A stretch of DNA of 32,000 nt from Okeania sp. (GTDB taxonomy: Bacteria > Cyanobacteriota > Cyanobacteriia > Cyanobacteriales > Microcoleaceae): assembly GCF_035285525.1 (NCBI RefSeq), contig NZ_JAYKGW010000140.1, positions 1-32,000 of the forward strand, given 5' to 3'. How positions within the stretch are numbered: the stretch's first letter is position 1; every line of letters begins with the position of its first letter. Both the position numbers and the translations under genes were made by a program. Below are positions 27,953-32,000 of this stretch, one piece after another. Under the pieces are notes generated by a model. That model was not told where the DNA came from, ran no database searches, and saw only the letters and a list, made by a program, of their open reading frames with translations.

Positions 27953-28858
27953 TTAATTATTTCTCCGTATCCAACCATTAATAGTAAAGCGACTATCTGC
28001 AAAAGCTTGAGAAGGACAAGTTACTGGCAAAACTTCGTGCATATAACGACTGAGAAAAAATATAATACTATTATTGATAGGTTCTATAGTTTTAAATGTT
28101 TCAGCTTTAACATAATGTTTTCCTTTAATTTTACTATCATAAATTATTAATTCGCCTCCGGTAAATGCTTTAGGTTCTCGATAGAAATAGTAAACATAAG
28201 TCAGAGTTCTCGTAGCAGTATCAGGAGAACCATTATCATTATGAATTTTATAGAAATTATTATCGTTATGAGCTGTTAACTGACTTTCAATTTCAGCAAT
28301 TGTAAATGGAGAAATATTTAATTGTTTTAAGACATCAGGAAAGATTTCTGCAATTTTTTTGATTATTAATTCTCGAAATTTTGGGAAATAATGCAATACT
28401 AAAGAACGACGATAATTTTCAGCTTTAGTTGATGTTGTAGTTGGCACAAAATCTGATTTACTTTGTAAAATATAGTCTAATAATTGTTGATTTTCTGATT
28501 TGGTGAAGAAATTTTCTATCTGTAAATAACGAGATTCTAAATTATCTTTTGTAGGAGTATAAGTTTTAATATTAGATATACTTTCTTGTGGTTGTAAATT
28601 CTGCAAATAAATTGGTGGTTCAGTTACCATTCCGACTAAATTTTCACTAGGAAAACATAAAGCAGCATGACCTTCTGCTAGAGGAATTTGAAATAGGGTA
28701 GAATTTTCAGTTTTTTGATGTTTAGATAATAATGTTTTAGCTAAAAGTTGGAGTAAGGGTGCATCAGATTTGAGATAAATAGTATATTGATGTCCTCCCA
28801 TTAATAATAGTTGAATTTTTATTTCTTGTGCTATATTTTGTGGTGATGTAGCTGTCAT
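27953..28858 (-). CDS. 2OG-Fe(II) dioxygenase paralog with an approximately 100-aa N-terminal extension of unknown function.
   Basis: The ORF track begins at TTG 28870; the first ATG is 28858 (MTATSPQN). It has H-x-D in KIHNDNG, His in RYMHEVLP and Arg in DSRFTINGW. A 34-nt stretch at 27971-28004 is identical to 26998-27031 in the paralog. Confidence 0.82.
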   Translation of the reverse strand: MTATSPQNIAQEIKIQLLLMGGHQYTIYLKSDAPLLQLLAKTLLSKHQKTENSTLFQIPLAEGHAALCFPSENLVGMVTEPPIYLQNLQPQESISNIKTYTPTKDNLESRYLQIENFFTKSENQQLLDYILQSKSDFVPTTTSTKAENYRRSLVLHYFPKFRELIIKKIAEIFPDVLKQLNISPFTIAEIESQLTAHNDNNFYKIHNDNGSPDTATRTLTYVYYFYREPKAFTGGELIIYDSKIKGKHYVKAETFKTIEPINNSIIFFLSRYMHEVLPVTCPSQAFADSRFTINGWIRRNN

Positions 28859-29207
28859 AATTTTTGCCAAATTATCAATTTTTTAAGTTAGTTAATAAAC
28901 TGTAATAGTTCAAAGATCTTATATACTATACTAATATGTCTTTTTACCAAAAAATTCGGCTTCAAATTTCCCCTTTCAACCAGTTATATAAAATCCGGTT
29001 GAATACTCGTTATATAGTTGTGGGAGATGGGGAGATTGAAGTGTAGATAAAATTATGAATATATACACTTGTAACCGGATATATTAACCACTGAAAAAAG
29101 ACCCTTGACTGCCCAAGTTGTCAGTCCAGGTCTAGAAACTAAGACGCCTAAAATGGTGCAGATCAAACCCGACCCTACTAGACCGTTTGATCTAAAATGG
29201 TGCATTA

Positions 29208-29260
29208 GGGAGTAGGGGAGTAGGGAAGTAGGGGAGTAGGGGAGTAGGGGAGTAGGGGAG
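29208..29260. repeat. Octamer tandem repeat (GGGGAGTA) of about 6.5 units.
   Basis: gggagtaggggagtagggaagtaggggagtaggggagtaggggagtaggggag read directly. It is flanked by the inverted sequences aaatggtgca (29195-29204) and tgcaccattt (29286-29295). Confidence 0.9.
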
Positions 29261-29446
29261 AAACATTTTTGTAACCTACAGCTATTGCACCATTTAAGGT
29301 GAAGCAATGCACTACAAAAATTCTTTAATGCACATTCATTAGTTGTCCCATTCCAGTCATGTGTAAATATACCAGCGCACTTTGCTATAGAATTTTTAAC
29401 CAGTATCCACCATTCCCTGCTAAAAGTCTGGGAAGATTTTTTTCAC

Positions 29447-29530
29447 AGGACTTACGCAGAAACTGGGTTTATCAACAAAATCTTGTGGTTTGAACTGAAC
29501 CCAGAAACCGGGTTTCTTTGCGTAAGTCCT
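29447..29530. mobile_element. Complete 84-bp hairpin MITE with terminal inverted repeats aggacttacgcagaaac... / ...gtttctttgcgtaagtcct.
   Basis: The inverted termini were read directly. Partial copies lie at 3330-3382 and about 31617-31634. Confidence 0.7.
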
Positions 29531-29561
29531 ATTTCACTTATAACTTTGAACTTTTCAGAAT

Positions 29562-29759
29562 ATGAAAAATATCGAAAAATATGTAGAATTAACGGCAGAA
29601 TTAATTAACTTGCCATTACAGTCAGAACATCTTCCAGGTGTAGTAGCAAATATGGAAAGAATAGCAGCGATCGCTCAATTAATAATATACTTTCCTCTGC
29701 CACCAGAAATAGAACTTGCACCAAAATTTGACTTAGAAAAATGGGAAGATAGGGAATAG
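29562..29759 (+). CDS. AtzG-like small protein (DUF4089), the presumptive small subunit of the downstream amidase.
   Basis: 65-aa ORF. LPGVVANMERIAAIAQLIIYFPLPPEIELAPKF matches my recollection of the DUF4089/AtzG pattern, and its position upstream of an AtzE-family amidase fits. The last residues and the stop are supplied by the (TAGGGAA)n repeat. Confidence 0.65.
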   Translation: MKNIEKYVELTAELINLPLQSEHLPGVVANMERIAAIAQLIIYFPLPPEIELAPKFDLEKWEDRE

Positions 29760-29833
29760 GGAATAGGGAATAGTACAATATCAAAAGGTTCAGGATTTAA
29801 AAATGTCCGCGCCCTTTGCTTCAACTGCTATAT
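29745..29833. repeat. Dispersed TATAGC-family repeat with (TAGGGAA)x3, overlapping the 3' end of the AtzG-like ORF.
   Basis: aatatcaaaaggttcaggatttaaaaatgtccgcgccctttgcttcaactgctata matches 6765-6823. Confidence 0.8.
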
Positions 29834-29970
29834 TAATTATTAATTCTTGAAAACATGACCAAGAAATAAGCTCTCAAGCTTCCCCTTGACTGCGCTACGA
29901 GCTGTCGCTCTACAAGGGGATGAAAAAAATTGATTCAGTATTTCAAGCTTCCTACTTCAGGAGGAGGTGC

Positions 29971-30022
29971 TGATAACTAATAACTGATAACTGATAACTG
30001 ATAACTGATAACTGATAACTGA
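29971..30022. repeat. Heptamer tandem repeat (TGATAAC)x7 (one unit is TAATAAC) abutting the amidase start codon.
   Basis: Read directly. The array ends 1 nt before ATG 30024. The SD-like aggaggagg lies at 29959-29967, upstream of the array. Confidence 0.92.
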
Positions 30023-30023
30023 A

Positions 30024-31427
30024 ATGACTATCAACCTCAACCAAATAGACGCAGTAGCGATCGCCACTGCCATTAAAACTGGAAAAACTACCGCTGAAAA
30101 TGTAACCAAAAAATGTCTCGAACAAATTTACCAGCGCAACCAAACTCTAAACTGTTTCACCGCCATCACCAGAGAAAGCGCACTCAATAGCGCCAAACAA
30201 ATAGATCAAGATATTGCTCAAGGCAAAACCCCCGGCATTCTAGCAGGAGTTCCTTTTGCCGTCAAAAATCTCTACGACATTGCAGGTATAACCACCCTCG
30301 CTGGAGCCAAAATAAATGCCGAAAACCGACCCGCTACCCAAGATGCAACCGCCGTTGCTAAACTCAAACAAGCAGGTGCTATCCTAGTTGGCGCTCTAAA
30401 TATGGACGAATACGCCTACGGTTTCGTCACCGAAAATAGTCACTATGGTGCCACACCCAACCCCCATGACCTCACCCGCATCTCTGGGGGTTCCTCCGGT
30501 GGTTCCGCTGCTGCCGTTGCTGCGGGTTTAGTCCCCATTACTCTCGGTTCCGACACCAACGGTTCCATCCGCGTACCTGCTTCTCTGTGTGGTGTCTTCG
30601 GGTTCAAACCAACTTATGGACGCTTATCACGAGCAGGAGTATTTCTGTTTGCCAGTAGTTTAGATCATGTTGGATCTTTTGCTCGTTCTGTGCAAGATAT
30701 TACCACAGTTTATGATATTTTGCAAGGGTCAGATGCTAGAGACCCAGTTTGTACTAACCGCCCTCCTGAAAGTTGTTTGCCTCAACTAAACCAAGGTATT
30801 GCAGGTTTGCGCATTGCTGTCGCTGACGGTCACTTTGCCAAAGGTGGAGAACCAGAAGTGTTCGCAGCAGTGGAACAGGTAGCAGAAACATTGGGTGTGA
30901 CTCAGCGGGTGACAATACCAGAAGCACATCGAGGGCGAGCTGCTGCTTATATTATTACTGGTGCTGAGGGGGCAAATTTGCATTTAGATAATTTACGCAC
31001 CCGTCCCCAAGATTTTGATCCAGCAACTCGCGATCGCTTTTTGGCAGGTGCTTTAATACCGGGAGACTGGTATATTCAAGCTCAACGTTTCCGTCGTTGG
31101 TATCAAGGTTGCGTTGAGGAAATATTTAAGGAGGTAGATATTATTTTGGCTCCTACTACTCCTTGTGTTGCACCATTATTGGGGCAGGAAAAAATGACGA
31201 TTGCTGGAGAAGAAATGTTAGTGCGTCCGCATTTGGGTTTGTATACGCAACCCTTGTCTTTTATTGGGTTGCCAGTTTTGTCGGTTCCGGTTCGTCGTAC
31301 TAATGGTTTGCCTTTAGGAGTACAAATTATTGCTGCACCTTATAATGAAGCGTTAATTTTGCGAGTGGCAGCATTTTTGGAGCAAAACTCTCAAATATTG
31401 GATGTTGCTGAATTAAACGATGAATAG
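30024..31427 (+). CDS. Amidase-signature family amidohydrolase, AtzE-like.
   Basis: 467-aa ORF with the amidase signature GGSSGGSAAAVAAG...GSDTNGSIRVPAS and the catalytic Lys context FAVKNLYD. It is paired with an upstream DUF4089-like ORF, as in AtzE/AtzG. Confidence 0.88.
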   Translation: MTINLNQIDAVAIATAIKTGKTTAENVTKKCLEQIYQRNQTLNCFTAITRESALNSAKQIDQDIAQGKTPGILAGVPFAVKNLYDIAGITTLAGAKINAENRPATQDATAVAKLKQAGAILVGALNMDEYAYGFVTENSHYGATPNPHDLTRISGGSSGGSAAAVAAGLVPITLGSDTNGSIRVPASLCGVFGFKPTYGRLSRAGVFLFASSLDHVGSFARSVQDITTVYDILQGSDARDPVCTNRPPESCLPQLNQGIAGLRIAVADGHFAKGGEPEVFAAVEQVAETLGVTQRVTIPEAHRGRAAAYIITGAEGANLHLDNLRTRPQDFDPATRDRFLAGALIPGDWYIQAQRFRRWYQGCVEEIFKEVDIILAPTTPCVAPLLGQEKMTIAGEEMLVRPHLGLYTQPLSFIGLPVLSVPVRRTNGLPLGVQIIAAPYNEALILRVAAFLEQNSQILDVAELNDE

Positions 31428-32000
31428 AAGTGGGATGCGCATCCTACCCATCCGAAAATATCAAGACCGGGCAAGACGTCTAATTCTTCTACCTTCTGAC
31501 TTTTCCTTTATTTTAAATAGTAAATCTCTCTTCCAAACAAGATTTAGTCAAGACTTAGGTACTATCTATAGAGTTCAAAAACTATTGCACAATGGTTGTA
31601 GACTCTATATATAGCGTTTCTGTGTAAGTCCTATTCAAAATGGTATAAGTTCTGTTACTATAACTTAAGCATAGATTCAGATATCATACTAAATCTGGTT
31701 ATCAAAAGCTACTTGGTCTAAATCATTCTAACCGTTCTACCTTTTGCCCTACCCTTCAAATAAACTTCCTATCTAAATAAAATAGAGTTTATTATTATCC
31801 CTTGACTATTTCCAACTAAGATTTAATAATAAAGCTCAATAAGTAAATACCTTCTGACCAGTCTTTCAAAGCAGTCATATAGAACCCCTAAACGGGTATC
31901 TAAAATTAGTTGGGGAGATGGGAAGATAGGGAGATGGTGAATATAAAGCTCTAATTCTAGCTTTTTCCCTATTTCCCCTCCAGGGAGGGGTTAGGAGTAG

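Noticed and set aside
29053-29307. 84-aa minus-strand ORF
   Set aside because: It reads through the octamer tandem repeat (LLPYSPTSLLPYS), so it is a repeat artefact.
29300-29561. Possible guanidine/ykkC-type or other riboswitch upstream of the AtzG/AtzE-like genes
   Set aside because: I could not find the conserved riboswitch core motifs by eye. The segment is largely occupied by a hairpin MITE.
29952-30143. 63-aa minus-strand ORF
   Set aside because: It reads through the heptamer array (SYQLSVISYQLSVISYQ) and overlaps the amidase start.
30786-30983. 65-aa minus-strand ORF
   Set aside because: It is antisense to the amidase gene.
31420-31614. 64-aa plus-strand ORF after the amidase
   Set aside because: It overlaps the amidase stop, has no SD and no recognisable motifs, and runs into repeat sequence.
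1-32000. tRNA, rRNA, tmRNA or RNase P genes
   Set aside because: Scanning the spacers on both strands showed no cloverleaf-like acceptor/T-arm patterns or conserved rRNA blocks. This was not an exhaustive computational scan.

Overview
AT-rich chromosomal window from a cyanobacterium, probably a filamentous, Nostocales-like lineage. I found 13 exact copies of the HIP1 octamer GCGATCGC (listed in a finding), heptamer STRR-type tandem repeats at almost every gene boundary, and typical cyanobacterial synteny (rnj-dapA-asd on the minus strand, tig-clpP-clpX on the plus strand). Recognisable genes are RNase J, DapA, Asd, trigger factor, ClpP, ClpX, PurD, PurK, a class I CPD photolyase, a NUDIX hydrolase, a beta-lactamase-family serine hydrolase, an orphan DppC/OppC-type ABC permease, two tandem paralogous 2OG-Fe(II) dioxygenases, and an AtzG-like (DUF4089) plus AtzE-family amidase pair. 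Coding density is low: several spacers of 0.5-1.2 kb are filled with at least five families of MITE-like dispersed repeats. I did not recognise any known defence system, CRISPR-cas locus, tRNA, rRNA or prophage. Features the ORF track does not explain: (1) a strong 6S RNA candidate with its own promoter just downstream of purK; (2) a Uma2-family endonuclease gene with five in-frame stop codons and no frameshift; (3) a large acidic RTX-like orphan gene fused tail-to-tail with a truncated IS607-type serine recombinase that carries an in-frame TGA; (4) in-frame tandem duplication of the 3' tail of tig, and a 147-bp duplication that captures the 3' end of the photolyase gene; (5) repeat arrays that supply stop codons and C-terminal tails, including a (TGATAAC)x7 array lying exactly between the Shine-Dalgarno sequence and the ATG of the amidase gene; (6) a divergently arranged dioxygenase pair plus two-subunit amidase, the best candidate here for an uncharacterised small pathway. 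All protein assignments rest on motif recognition by eye and recalled family consensus; no searches were run.
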